This document shows, one piece after another, positions 42,660 through 53,588 of a stretch of DNA of 64,000 nt. The position numbers and the translations under genes are program-made. This DNA comes from Azolla caroliniana (taxonomy: Eukaryota; Plantae; Polypodiophyta). Location: contig JBHGNT010000017.1 in NCBI GenBank assembly GCA_043228905.1, positions 16,492,001-16,556,000 on the forward strand. The letters are read 5' to 3'. Position 1 is the first letter of the stretch. Each line of letters starts with the position of its first letter. A model generated the notes under the pieces. It ran no database searches. It had not been told where the DNA came from and was given only the letters and a program-made list of their open reading frames with translations.

Positions 42660-42910
42660 GCGGACAAACGATGTCCAAACCACCATGCCCCATGAGAATA
42701 CCTACCGATGGGGGAAAATAATTGGCAAATATTCTTAGGAGGTGTTTCCATACCAATTGAGACTCAAAGCAATCCCATAGACCATATTCCGGAGTTTTAG
42801 CTTGCAAATGACAACGAACACAGCTAGAGGATACACCCATCTTATGCAGTTGTGTGCCAACAGGCAAGGCTCGAGGCACAAGTAACCTGTTATGTACAAA
42901 TAACATTGGT
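42660..42910 (-). mobile_element. LINE 3' fragment (zf-RVT-like region)
   Basis: RALPVGTQL..SCVRCHLQAKTPEYGLWDCFESQLVW resembles the C-terminus of the ORF2 in this window (KSLPVGAW..CVEC..LWDC). Confidence 0.65.
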
Positions 42911-43059
42911 GAGGGTAGGTCACTAATATTTACATTAGTGAAGGATATGTTCACTAATGTTAAAAAAGGGGCTAATTTGATTGGATAGAAGGAATGATAG
43001 GTGCATGCACTATCATGATTTGGGCAAACCAATGAATGGAATACCTTTTAGAAAGGCAC

Positions 43060-43285
43060 ATCTATTGAGCCATCACTTGGCTGAGTCTTATGGGATGTTG
43101 TGGGCATGACAAGGTGTATGTCGCCTACCTATGCCACTCTACTCTCTATTGAGCCATCACTTGGCCAATTCTATGGGATGTTGTGGCCTTGACGAGGTAT
43201 ATGTCACTTTACTCTTTATTGAACCATCACTTGGCCGATTCTAGGGAGATGTGGTGGTCTTGAGGAGGTGCATGTCGACTACTCT
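43060..43285. repeat. Degenerate ~70-85-bp tandem repeat, 3 copies
   Basis: Recurring TATTGAGCCATCACTTGGC..GGGATGTTGTGG..TGAC.AGGT.TATGTC; possibly part of the LTR of the old gypsy downstream. Confidence 0.75.
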
Positions 43286-44248
43286 AGGGTTTCGTACCTT
43301 AAGGCATGCTTAATGTTCCATACACCTAGTTGCTTATTATTCTAATTAATTTCTAATTCCACAAATTGTCATTTCACTTATATGATTATCTCGTAATTAT
43401 TGTTTACTCGCCCACAATTAACTCTCCTTTTTCCCCTTCCTTTTCGTGTATAAAGTATTTACGTGCGTTTACCTATGATGTAACGCTTCCATGTAGACTA
43501 TTTTTTTCGTATGGAGTGGGCATCATGTCGTTTTTTTTTAATGATTTTTTCTAACGGCTCGTCTAGGTTTAACTCATATTATCAAGCATTAGAACTCGAG
43601 TAAAACCACATGAGTTCCCCTATTGATGTTTTACTCATAATTTTGAGTATTACATCTTTGCGCACAACACCACCACCATTTGTATCAACTTGTGGCTTAT
43701 GTCACAATTGTGCACATTACAATCGCCATATTGGGGTGGATATTGCATACCTCGCACCATCCATTTATTGGTGGTATTTTTTTTTAGTAGACAACGCATG
43801 GTTTTTGAACCTTGTTTTCGTCACTTCTCGACTCTTATAGATAGTGACTTATTTTTATGTAACATTTGCTTGCTACTTGCAAGACTAGAATATTACTTGT
43901 GAGTGCACTTGCTTTTTCACGTAATACACTTTCTCGACCATATCAATACATGTTGGGTTGGTATTCTAATATAAGGCTAACTAGGAAACTACATTGATGT
44001 TAGAACCATGGTTGAGCCTCGGGGAGCCACCATGATTATTCAAGATAGAGATCCGAGAAAGACATCTTAGCTATGTTTTCCCCCATGGTTTTTAAAACAC
44101 CATAGTGTTGCCATAGTTATCAGATCTCGAATCACATCTCATATGTTTAGAGGGGTAAAGGCGTGAGATGTTGTCTTGGTAAAGTTCTTACAATCAAAAT
44201 TTCAAGCATTCATTTTGCTTGTGTATTTTCTAAACCTCCTTATTTATA

Positions 44249-45665
44249 TTGCATACCCACAACTTCATCACAGAACAAGTTTTGAACGTTGTTGGAGCGA
44301 TCTCTTCGACTGAGACCTCTCAACTCCAATCCGCATCTCGCACACAAGTTGAGATCACTATTGAGCAATTGCTCACTACTACCTTGAATCAATTGGCTGA
44401 AATGAGGCAAGCCAATATGGCATTGGAAAAGAAATTCCAAGAATTGACTATTGAGTCCAAGAAAGAAGGTGAACCTTCTTTCGTAGTAACGCCATTCAAG
44501 GGAGATAAGAAAGAAAGAACCGAGGAGGTCATTAGCACTTGGCTTGGTCATTGGGAGTCTCACTTTGAGCTCCATCCCAAGCCTGATTCTGTAAAAATTG
44601 GTTATGTCGGTCGTGAGTTAGGTGGCCGAGTTGTTGCTTGGTGGTGCAACCTAAGGATGACAAAGAACTTACCCACAACTTGGGAAGGTTTCGTTGATGT
44701 TTTTAAGAAATAGTTTTTGCAACCACCTTCTCAAACTGAACAAGCACAACACTTGCTCACGTTGTTGAGTAAGCCATTTACCTCTCTCGAGGATTATGTG
44801 CATCATGCTCGGACCCAGATCCAAAAATCGGGACTTACGGGTGAGAAATGGTTTGTTGCTTGCTTTTTGAATGGTATTCCCAATGGGGATTACCATTGGA
44901 TTGTCCATGACAAGGACCCCACAACTTTTGAGGAAGCCGTCAACATTGTACTTCGGTACCATAGGACTTCCAAGAAAGACCACAATAAACCCGAGTTCGC
45001 CAAAACTCCGAATGTCAAGTTCATTGGGAAACGTAAGCAATCCAATGACACTCTTGACCGCGACTCCAAGAAACCTAACCTCTTATGTGCATATTGCAAG
45101 AAGCGGGGCCACACAAAGGATACATGTTGTCGTCTTGAGAGGAAGTCAATGAACACCGCTCCTCAAGACAAATCTACGAGTCACACAGGTGAGTCTTTTG
45201 ATGTTGTTGAAGTTCATACCAACTACTTAAGTTCATGTGAATGCACTTTTCCTTCACATTTACTTGGACCTAATGATTTACTCTGAGCAGTTGGGTATAT
45301 CAATGGAACACAAGCACATTTCTTGTTTGATTCCGGTAGTTCTCACAATTTTCTTAATGATCACTTTGTGCAGCAAATGGAACTCCACATAAACGCAAAT
45401 GATCATATCTATCAAATTCACATGGCAAATGGAAGCCTTCAATACATCATTGGCATTGTTTGTCAAGTGCCAATTCAAATAGATACCTATTTGGAGAAGC
45501 TTGACTTTCATGTTATGAAACTACAATCCGCAGATGTCATTTTAGGATACCCTTGGTTTTTTAATAAAAACCCTTCTTTGTCCATTGATTGGGTTAATCA
45601 CTCAATCACATTTGAACTTAATAATTGTAAACATTTTATTCAATGTCCCAAACTTCCTTCTCGTT
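44249..45665 (+). pseudogene. Old Ty3/gypsy gag-protease relic (host of the nested insertions)
   Basis: Gag (AWW..PTTWEGF), CAYCKKRGHTKDTC, protease FDSGSSHNF..DVILGYPW; in-frame stops; continues at 62668. Confidence 0.85.
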
Positions 45666-46085
45666 TGTTATTCGCTTAGCCGGACAAGGCCTAACACAAG
45701 GTGTCACGGAGACACTTCACCAAAGGGTGAGTACGGCATAGGATTAAGATTCAACGATTACACCGACTTACGTAGGTTACACGCTTAGATTGCTTTGGTT
45801 AATTACACGCGTAAGATATAACAGTGATTACAGAACGGAAATCAAGACAGAAGTATAAACATCATAATCTCTATTAATTATCCGCTGTCATTACAATAGG
45901 GTCCGGGCCTTTAAATAGGTTTCCGGCCCGTAGTACAAAACGGTGCCCCTCGCACCTATTCGGGATCCGTCCGGATCTGGAACGGCATACCGTTTCCAGT
46001 CCGTCCGTCCACACTATCCTCATTTACAACCATATATAATTAATTCCTTCACTCCGTATTTTGGACTCCTTGCCGGCCGGTAACA
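45666..46085 (-). repeat. 3' LTR of the outer gypsy (420 bp)
   Basis: Matches 62243-62662; one substitution seen by eye (GATTACAGAA vs GATTACAAAA). Confidence 0.96.
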
Positions 46086-46137
46086 CATGGCACGCCCGTG
46101 GGACAGTACCTTGTACGTCGAACCCTTCTCGGCCCCT

Positions 46138-49044
46138 TCATTGTTCACCCAAATTGTCCAAATTACTTTGTTCAAGAATTTCCACTTGTTCTTCCGGTTG
46201 TGGTTGTTGCGGCTGTGCTTGCTGCTGCTGCTGTGGTTGCGGTTGAGACTGAGGTTGCTCCGGCTGCTCTGCTTGCTGCTGCTGCTCCGTTTGTTTTTCT
46301 GGCTCCGGCATCTCCGTTTGACTGCTTCCGGTACGGTCTCCTTCCAGTAACGGTTCCTCATCACTGAGGTTAACCGTAACTGGTTCTCGTTCTTTCTCTC
46401 CCCGGATCCGGGACCTCTCGTAGCTTTCAAACTGGATCTGCGCCTCCAGCCTGTCGTCATCCAGCTGAGCTACAAGTTGCCGGACTTGCTCTAGTTGGTC
46501 CTCCGCCAAGGCTTGAAAGTCTTCGGCCAACTCATCTCTTATGCCGGTGAAGTCTTCAGAATTCAGCATATAGCAATCATCTCCCTCCTTCCGCCGGTTC
46601 TCTACGTCAGCCCGGAGCAATTGGAGTTCCGCCGCGTTCGTGGCCCACTTGGTCCACCATTTGACGGAACCGTTGTCAATCAAGCTCTTGGTCTGGTTCA
46701 ACCAGGCCCGCATTATATCTTGGATGCGACTTGCTCCCATTTGAGCTCTGCTTTCCACCACTTGTCGCTCCTCCTTCAACTGCTTGATGAGATTTGCCGT
46801 ATCCTCCGCCTGCTCTCTGTAGCGCGTCAGCTGCCCTTGATATGTCGTTTGCAGCCTCTGCAGTACCTCCGCCGCTCTTTCTTTTTCCGCCTGCTGTTGC
46901 CTGAGGAGCTCTGTCCGAACCTTCTCCGCCTCTTCCAACCGTCTTCTGTTTTCCGCTTGTTCCTTGGCGAATGCGGTTGCGGTCCGATCAACGGCTTGCC
47001 GGAGCTCATCCGTCCGTTCCTTGTGCTCCGTTTGCAACCGTTTATACTCCCGGTGCAATTGCTCAAATTCCTCCGTTTTTTGTTTGAGCTTGCCGTTGAT
47101 TTGGCGATGGTTCCGGTCCTCCCGGTCCTTTGCCTGCCGGAGTTCCTCTTTCAGGCGCTCTACTTCTGTTTCGGCGTTCCTCCGGAGCTTGTCCTTCTCT
47201 TGCAGCATTTTCTCCTTTTCCTCCTTGAGCCGGTCGTATGCTTGGTGGCCTTTCCGTAAGCTCTCCTCGGCCCGGCGTAGATTCTCAGCAGTCTTTTTGA
47301 GTTCTGCCTCCGCTGCCGTCTTCAATTCTCTTTCGCGGCTCCTCAGCGCTTCTTGGGCAGCAAGCTCATCCTTTAAATCCGCAAGCTCTTGGGCCGCAAG
47401 CTCTTGGGCTTGTGCCGCATTTCTCTCCGGAACGGTTTCCGTTGCCGGGGTCTGATTGCTATGTACAGGTTGATCTGCCGCTTTATTCTGTACATTGCCC
47501 GGAGTCACCGGTGCTTGGACTTGTGTTGTCACAGCCACTTGAGCCCTGTCCAAGTCTTGTTCCAGGCTCCGGATTCTGGACCGGGCCGTCTCTAGATCTA
47601 CGGTTGTGACGAGCAACCGTTCCTGGTGCGCTCTCTCTTCCGCCTCTATATACTCGACCACTCCGGCGATTTGCTCGCCTACCCACCGTAGCCACATGCT
47701 ACTGGTGCCTTGTTGTTGTACTGGTCGGGTCGGCTCATTCCCTGTGGAATTGTCTGGCCTGAGTGCCTGCATATGCCGTTCTGGTTCTACTCCTTGGCCG
47801 CCGTGTGTGCTGGCTGTGCTCGCCGGCTGTTGCGTTCCGGTTCCCGCCGTTTCCGCAGCCGTTGGCATGACTTCTTCTATAGAAGTCGCCAAGACCGGTT
47901 CCCTATGCACCGGTTCCGGTTCTTCCCTTGTGGTTTGCTCAGGTTGAGTTGGGGGCGTTTCGGCCTCTCGCGGGTACGACCGCTCCCCTCCTGTCTCGGC
48001 GGTCCTACTTCTTGACCGTCGTTGGAGGTGCTCTTCTGGCTCCTCCGTTTCCTCTTCCTGTGTCACGGCATGTTTCTGTGCCGTCAAGGGTTCCGGTTCC
48101 TTCTGTCCCGGTCTCCGTAAGGTTATCTTGACGGGTCGGACCAGTGACACCTCCTCCGGTTCTGGGACCCGTTTCTTCCCTTTCGTCGCCTTCGACGCCA
48201 GCAGCTGCTGTCGTTTGGACGCCGGCTTCGAGGTGCTTCCTTCCGATACTCTTGGCCGCTTCTTTGGCTGGGCGGTCTCGACCGGCGGCACGAGCAATGT
48301 TATCCATTGAGCTACGGCGTGCCACAGCTTCCGGCCCTCCTTGCCGTCCTTCCCTCGTACCATGTCGATTGCCATGCACAACCCGTCTGCAATCAACACC
48401 GGCCAGTCCACCTTGACCCCTTCATAGGTGGCTATGATCATCCCTGCCCGATTTTTTGGCATGACAGGGGGTCGGGGGTACACGTGACCGTACTCATGGA
48501 GCACTCGAGCTATCTCCCTGAATAGCGGATCTTCGCCGCCCTGCGTCCGATAGCCTTTGCCGGCAACAGAGTACTCACCGAAATATCGGGTGAGTTGCTC
48601 CGAGGTTGGGTTATCGATCTGAAAGATTCCTCCCTCCGGAAGGCCTGTTAGCGCACGGATCGCTTCCTCGGTGATGACCTCTGTGGCGAGCTCCTTGATG
48701 ACCCGGTCGGCTTCTCTGTGAGGCGGTGCCTCCATGATGGCCAAGAACCCCTCCAGTCCGTTTTGCCTGAACCATTTCCTGGCCGCTTCCGACAGCGTTT
48801 GTGGTTCCATGTCTGCTTCAAGGTCGAGGGAAGATGGCGAGGTAGAGTGGTGATGAGAGTGAGAGCGAGAGAGAGAGCGTTCTGAGCGCGGGGGTTCTCT
48901 GCGTGCAGGTTCGCGTTTGCTCAGCTTCCACTGTCTTGGTGCTTCTGTGCTTCTTGGCTCGCGAAATGAAAAGGTCTCCATGCGTTCTGCTTCTTCTTTG
49001 TGCGTTTTGGCGCCTTTTTCGAGCATGCACACGTCGTGTACCAA
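46138..49044 (-). CDS. Extra retroelement ORF (up to 968 aa): globular N-terminal domain, basic/disordered linker, long coiled coil, Gln-rich tail
   Basis: Open frame between integrase and the 3' LTR, same sense as gag-pol. The start may be a downstream ATG (e.g. MEPQTL at ~48810). Confidence 0.82.
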   Translation of the reverse strand: MVHDVCMLEKGAKTHKEEAERMETFSFREPRSTEAPRQWKLSKREPARREPPRSERSLSRSHSHHHSTSPSSLDLEADMEPQTLSEAARKWFRQNGLEGFLAIMEAPPHREADRVIKELATEVITEEAIRALTGLPEGGIFQIDNPTSEQLTRYFGEYSVAGKGYRTQGGEDPLFREIARVLHEYGHVYPRPPVMPKNRAGMIIATYEGVKVDWPVLIADGLCMAIDMVRGKDGKEGRKLWHAVAQWITLLVPPVETAQPKKRPRVSEGSTSKPASKRQQLLASKATKGKKRVPEPEEVSLVRPVKITLRRPGQKEPEPLTAQKHAVTQEEETEEPEEHLQRRSRSRTAETGGERSYPREAETPPTQPEQTTREEPEPVHREPVLATSIEEVMPTAAETAGTGTQQPASTASTHGGQGVEPERHMQALRPDNSTGNEPTRPVQQQGTSSMWLRWVGEQIAGVVEYIEAEERAHQERLLVTTVDLETARSRIRSLEQDLDRAQVAVTTQVQAPVTPGNVQNKAADQPVHSNQTPATETVPERNAAQAQELAAQELADLKDELAAQEALRSRERELKTAAEAELKKTAENLRRAEESLRKGHQAYDRLKEEKEKMLQEKDKLRRNAETEVERLKEELRQAKDREDRNHRQINGKLKQKTEEFEQLHREYKRLQTEHKERTDELRQAVDRTATAFAKEQAENRRRLEEAEKVRTELLRQQQAEKERAAEVLQRLQTTYQGQLTRYREQAEDTANLIKQLKEERQVVESRAQMGASRIQDIMRAWLNQTKSLIDNGSVKWWTKWATNAAELQLLRADVENRRKEGDDCYMLNSEDFTGIRDELAEDFQALAEDQLEQVRQLVAQLDDDRLEAQIQFESYERSRIRGEKEREPVTVNLSDEEPLLEGDRTGSSQTEMPEPEKQTEQQQQAEQPEQPQSQPQPQQQQQAQPQQPQPEEQVEILEQSNLDNLGEQ

Positions 49045-49195
49045 TTTAGTATTAAGTAGCGTGGCGTCTCTTAAATGCCCACTACATACCTTTTCGCGCC
49101 TTGCTTTTACACCCGTTCACACCTCGATTTTTAATGATTTTTTTTTTTATTTTTTTTATTTTTTTTTTTCCAATCTTTAATGACGGTGTGTGACC

Positions 49196-50675
49196 TTACA
49201 CATCCGTAGGTCCCTTCGGACCCTTACCGTTTTCCTTACGGGTTGCCGTGGCTTCCTTTGTCTCTGCTACGGGTTCCCCGTCGTCTTTTTCTTCCGGATC
49301 GATCCGTACCGATCCCGGACAGGTTCCCGGTTTAGTGCCGGTGCGCTGCATAAACGGGTTCTTTGGCATCGGTCCTTTATAGGGCTTTAGTCGAAATCCG
49401 TTCACCCACTTGCCTAGTACTTCACCGGCAAGTGTCCCTATCTGATAGGACCCGTTGTATTCCCGTGTCAGCCAATACGGGCCTGTCCATCTGAACCGGA
49501 GTTTACCCGGCATTTTGCCCATCCTCGTTTGGAATACTAGAACCGGCTTTCCGATTTCGAACATCTTTTCGTTACCTTTCCGGTGACGGTCAACGAACGC
49601 TTTCCGTCGTCGTTGCTCCAGTTCCATGTGGAGGATGCTGGCCAGCCGTTGCTCCTCCAGTTCGCATAGTGCTGCTAGCCGTATTTCCTCCGACTTCTTT
49701 TCATTCAGCCGTTCCCGTAGTTGGATCCGTAAGCTTGGTACCTGAAACTCGACCGGCATGACCGCTTCTAAGCCGAATGCTAACCGGAACGGCGTTGTCC
49801 GGATACTCGTTTTGTATGCCGTTCTGTACGCCCATAGCGCACTATGGAGCTTTGTGTCCCAGTCCGTCCGGTTTTCATTGACAATTTTGCGGAGAATGTT
49901 CTGCAGCGTTTTGTTGGTGGACTCTGCTAACCCGTTCGCCTGTGGGTAATACGGTGTGCTTCTTTTATGGACCACGGCATAGAACGTTGTTAAGCTTTCC
50001 ACTACCTGGCCGAGGAAGTGGCCTCCTTGGTCGCTGATTAATTCAATCGGACATCCATATCGGCACCAAATGTTTTCGTACAGGAATTTTGCTGTGGATG
50101 ACGCGGTGTTGTCTCTCAAGGCCTTTGCTTCCACCCATTTAGTGCAATAATCCGTTGCCACGATGACATAACGGTTACCCGTTCTCATTGCCGGTGGCTT
50201 GAACGGTCCGACAAAATCCAACCCCCACTTCTGGAATGGCTCTAGTGGAAGTACCGGTTGGTGTGGCATTCGTGCTTGCTCCGTAGGCTGGCCCATTCGT
50301 TGGCATAGGTCACATTCCTTAGCATACTTGACGGCGTCTTTTAACGTCGTGGGCCACCACAAGCCGCTCTGCCATACTTTCCTCGCCGTCGCTTCCCCGG
50401 CATAGTGTCCTCCGGCAACCCCACAGTGTGCTTCCCGTAAGATTACTTCTTTCTCGTCACTACGGACTGCCCGTCTCCATATTCCATCTGCTCCTTTGTG
50501 GTAGAGAGTGTCCCGTAACAGACAGAAATTGCGGCTCTGCACCGCCAGTCGTTTCCTCTCGTCCCGGTTCATTTCCTCCGGTGGCAGGCCCGTGCTTAGG
50601 AACTGGTGCATGTTTGTCAGCCATTTATCTTCTGATGCCACCGTGTCGTCCGCTGCCGTTTCCGGGGTGATACGG
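49196..50675 (-). CDS. Outer gypsy integrase (pol C-terminal part)
   Basis: HHCC (AHCGVAGGH..CDLCQ), WGLDFVGPF, ISDQGGHF, PQANGLAE, WTGPY. Confidence 0.93.
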
Positions 50676-51390
50676 TGTCGTGAAGAAAACCGCCAACAAG
50701 AGGAATCGGAGGAACAAGGCGTGGGAAACGGCTCTACACACACACGCGCGCCAAGAAGTACCTAAGGACGAAGTAGGTACATACGAGGATCCTAGGCGGG
50801 TAGATTCGGTTGGTAAGCAGTTAATGCCAAACGGCCTCTTGACGGGCTATAAAAGGAAGAGGAAGAATAGAAGTCGGACATCTCCCGCGGAGAGGACGAA
50901 GTGCTGCCGAACCGATTTCGGAGCTTCTCTCTCACTCCTGCTCTCTCTGTCTTCTGCTCCATCGCGTACCTGTGCAGGTTTCGAGGAGGCTTGCGTTGTT
51001 CCGTGGAACGCCCCGAGTGCGTCCTGCAGCACCTCCGACCTGTTTTACCTTTCTGTGCGTCGCGACATACAGGGGTCGGCAGCTGTTCGCCGCCCTGTTC
51101 GTTTTCGTTAGTATCTATTTTGTGCCCCACCGTGGGTTGTAATACTTTAGTCTGTTATTTTCTTGCATTCATAAGTACATATCTCTCGTTGTTGCGTCCA
51201 TCTGCGTCGGCGTTCATTTGTGATCTCTGTTTGTTGGGCCGTGTCCCTGTGCAATCGTCGGTTCTGCGCAATCGGATCTTCGGTTCTGTGTAATCGGGTC
51301 TCTCTCTTACCTCTCTCTCTCTTGCTCTTCGGTTCGAGACCCCCGTGGTCCCTCCTCCTTTCTACACGCAAGGGCGTAGCAACCCCGACA
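50676..51390 (+). repeat. 5' LTR of the inner gypsy
   Basis: TGTCGTG...CCCGACA; one difference from the 3' LTR seen (GCGTTGTT vs GCGCTGTT); TATAAAA motif. Confidence 0.96.
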
Positions 51391-51393
51391 TCT

Positions 51394-51411
51394 TGGTGAA
51401 CCCGACGTGAA
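51394..51411 (+). promoter_or_regulatory. Primer-binding site, tRNA-Trp
   Basis: TGGTGAACCCGACGTGAA is complementary to the 3' end of plant cytosolic tRNA-Trp as I recall it (..UUCACGUCGGGUUCACCA). Confidence 0.82.
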
Positions 51412-51433
51412 AGAGGCGGCAGAAGAGCAGGAA

Positions 51434-53527
51434 ATGAAAGGGGCGGATCTTGCAGAGGCCATGGCTTCGGCCGTGGATCGGATAGTAAGCGCGCGCGAGG
51501 GCACCGGCGCCCTCGATAGAGCTATTGAGGCGGTCGTCGGAACGATCGGTCGATTCACCGGAAAGGATGCCACGAAGTACCTGGCGTCCTACGGTGCGGA
51601 AATGTTAATGCGGGACATTCCGGAAGACAGGCGCCTTGCCGGTTTTCCCCGAGTGGCGATGCCGAGCATCCACGCGGAGGTGCTCGAGGTGCGGGCGGAG
51701 AGCCGTACCTGGGAGGAGTTCGAAGGTCGGCTCCTGGAAAAATACGGACTGGACGACGCGCTCCGGCTTTCGAAGCGAAGCTTCATGGAGTGGGTGGAGT
51801 CTCCCGGGAAAGGAAGGAATGCGTCGGCACTCCTCCGGGAGTTCGAGGAGAACTTCGCGCGCCTTTCGGCGCTTGACAGGATGGTCCTGGATACAAGCCG
51901 GGTCCTGCTGTTCGTCAAATCGGTTGACGAGAGGGATCGGAGTCACGTGGGCGCCCTGCTAGAAACCGAAGACGGGCTGACAGCCGACTGGGCGGCGGTC
52001 AAGAGAGCCTGCGGCCGTTTCGACAAACGGCGAGAATGGGAGGATGACAGAGCAGCCGGGTCGGGCTCAGTCGCGGCGAGGAAACTCGAGCCGGCGCAGC
52101 CGGTGCGAAGGGAAGAGACTCGGGAGTGGCTGGAATCCGGTTCAGCTCCGACCGGCGCGATCAGAGGCTCGACTGGAGGAGCTGCGTTGGAGGAACTGAC
52201 GAGGGCGATAAAAGACCTCCAAATCGCACAAGCCCGCAGAGAAGGCGGAGAACCTGCTCGTGACCGACGGCCGGCGGCAGGGAACAGGTGCATGTGGTGC
52301 GACGGGGTCGGCCACATCCGAAAAGACTGCGGCGATTTCGCAGAGGCGCTGAAGAACCGGGTGGTGTACCTATGGGAAGGCCGGGTTCACGCCAACGACA
52401 CGAGAAGGGCCCTAAACCGAAACGACGGGCGAGGCGGAATGAAGAGGTTGATGGAAGAGGCGGCGGCCCGACATGCGGAAACCGTCCACTACTCGGCGTC
52501 GGCCGGTATTCGAGTCGGGGGCGGCGAGGCCCGAAAGGAAAGCAAAGCCGGTGCAGGGCTTAAAAGGGAGGAATCGGACCGTGCGGAGAAACGGGTACGG
52601 GAGATGACCGGGTGGAGCGACCCGGTCGAGGAAAAGACGGGCTTCGTGGAAGCCGCTTGCCGGAACTACGAGGCTCTGGTAGAAGAGAAGCGGGTGGGGA
52701 AACCCGGGACGACCGGGCCCTCACAACGATACGAGACCCGGTCCGGGCCACGACGGGACGAAGCCGGCGGGGCCGGTACGCAAGATAAACCCCAGAAGGG
52801 CGGATACCGTCTGGGGACGGAGATAGAAAGAACCACGGACTTACGAAAGGTCCTGGAGGAACGGATCCTCGACAGCAAGGTGGAGCTGTCGCTACGGGAG
52901 GTGCTGGGAATCGCCAAGAAGGAGTTCCACGACGCCATCGTGGACTTGGTGAAACGGAAGAGGCTGTCAACGGAGACAGAACCGGAAAGACCGGTGGAAG
53001 TGCGGACGACGCACCTGGACGACATGGCGCTGGAAGACGAGTGGGCGGAGAGCCACTATTTGCGGCCACACTGGGCCCGAGCGACCACGGAAACCCCGGT
53101 AAAGATCGGCGATGTCCAGGAACCGGTAGTAGCTTTGGTGGACCACGGATCGGAAATCAACCTGATGTCCATGGACTTCTATAAGAAGGGCAAATGGCCG
53201 ATCAACACCAAGCACGGGTGGAAGATAAGGGCGGCGACGCGCGCCACCGAGGAACTTCACGGGGCCTGCCCGAATGTACGGGTCAAGATCGGCGATGTCG
53301 AGATAGACCAGCACTTCTTCGTGCAGGAGACGTCTTCGCATCCGGTCATACTGGGAGAGCCGTACATCACGGCGGCGCGGATGGAGACCAAGGTGTTGGA
53401 CAATGGTTCGGCCTACGCGAGGGTCAAAAGCCAAGACGGGCGCCATTCGGTCCAGTTTCTGACAGTACGACCGAACCACGAACGTAACCGCGACTCCCTC
53501 GGTTCCGATAACCGAGAGGATTTTTAG
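51434..53527 (+). CDS. Inner gypsy Gag-protease
   Basis: Open frame; CMWCDGVGHIRKDC knuckle; protease ALVDHGSEINLM..VILGEPY. Confidence 0.9.
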   Translation: MKGADLAEAMASAVDRIVSAREGTGALDRAIEAVVGTIGRFTGKDATKYLASYGAEMLMRDIPEDRRLAGFPRVAMPSIHAEVLEVRAESRTWEEFEGRLLEKYGLDDALRLSKRSFMEWVESPGKGRNASALLREFEENFARLSALDRMVLDTSRVLLFVKSVDERDRSHVGALLETEDGLTADWAAVKRACGRFDKRREWEDDRAAGSGSVAARKLEPAQPVRREETREWLESGSAPTGAIRGSTGGAALEELTRAIKDLQIAQARREGGEPARDRRPAAGNRCMWCDGVGHIRKDCGDFAEALKNRVVYLWEGRVHANDTRRALNRNDGRGGMKRLMEEAAARHAETVHYSASAGIRVGGGEARKESKAGAGLKREESDRAEKRVREMTGWSDPVEEKTGFVEAACRNYEALVEEKRVGKPGTTGPSQRYETRSGPRRDEAGGAGTQDKPQKGGYRLGTEIERTTDLRKVLEERILDSKVELSLREVLGIAKKEFHDAIVDLVKRKRLSTETEPERPVEVRTTHLDDMALEDEWAESHYLRPHWARATTETPVKIGDVQEPVVALVDHGSEINLMSMDFYKKGKWPINTKHGWKIRAATRATEELHGACPNVRVKIGDVEIDQHFFVQETSSHPVILGEPYITAARMETKVLDNGSAYARVKSQDGRHSVQFLTVRPNHERNRDSLGSDNREDF

Positions 53528-53588
53528 AGAGGGCTGCCAAGGCGTGGGGCCGCGACAGTCCGGACACCCCGGGAAAACCCCACACCTG
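53518..53588 (+). promoter_or_regulatory. Putative -1 ribosomal frameshift signal (G GAU UUU plus pseudoknot)
   Basis: Heptamer at 53518-53524 right before the gag stop. The -1 frame is open from there into pol. GGGCTG/CAGTCC and AGGCGTGGGG/CCCCACACCT pairings follow. Confidence 0.75.

Noticed and set aside
42375-42686. N-terminal extension of the 353-aa ORF (IRIR/YTYT repeats)
   Set aside because: Stop-free microsatellite; the plausible start is the ATG at 42374 before the transit-peptide-like sequence.
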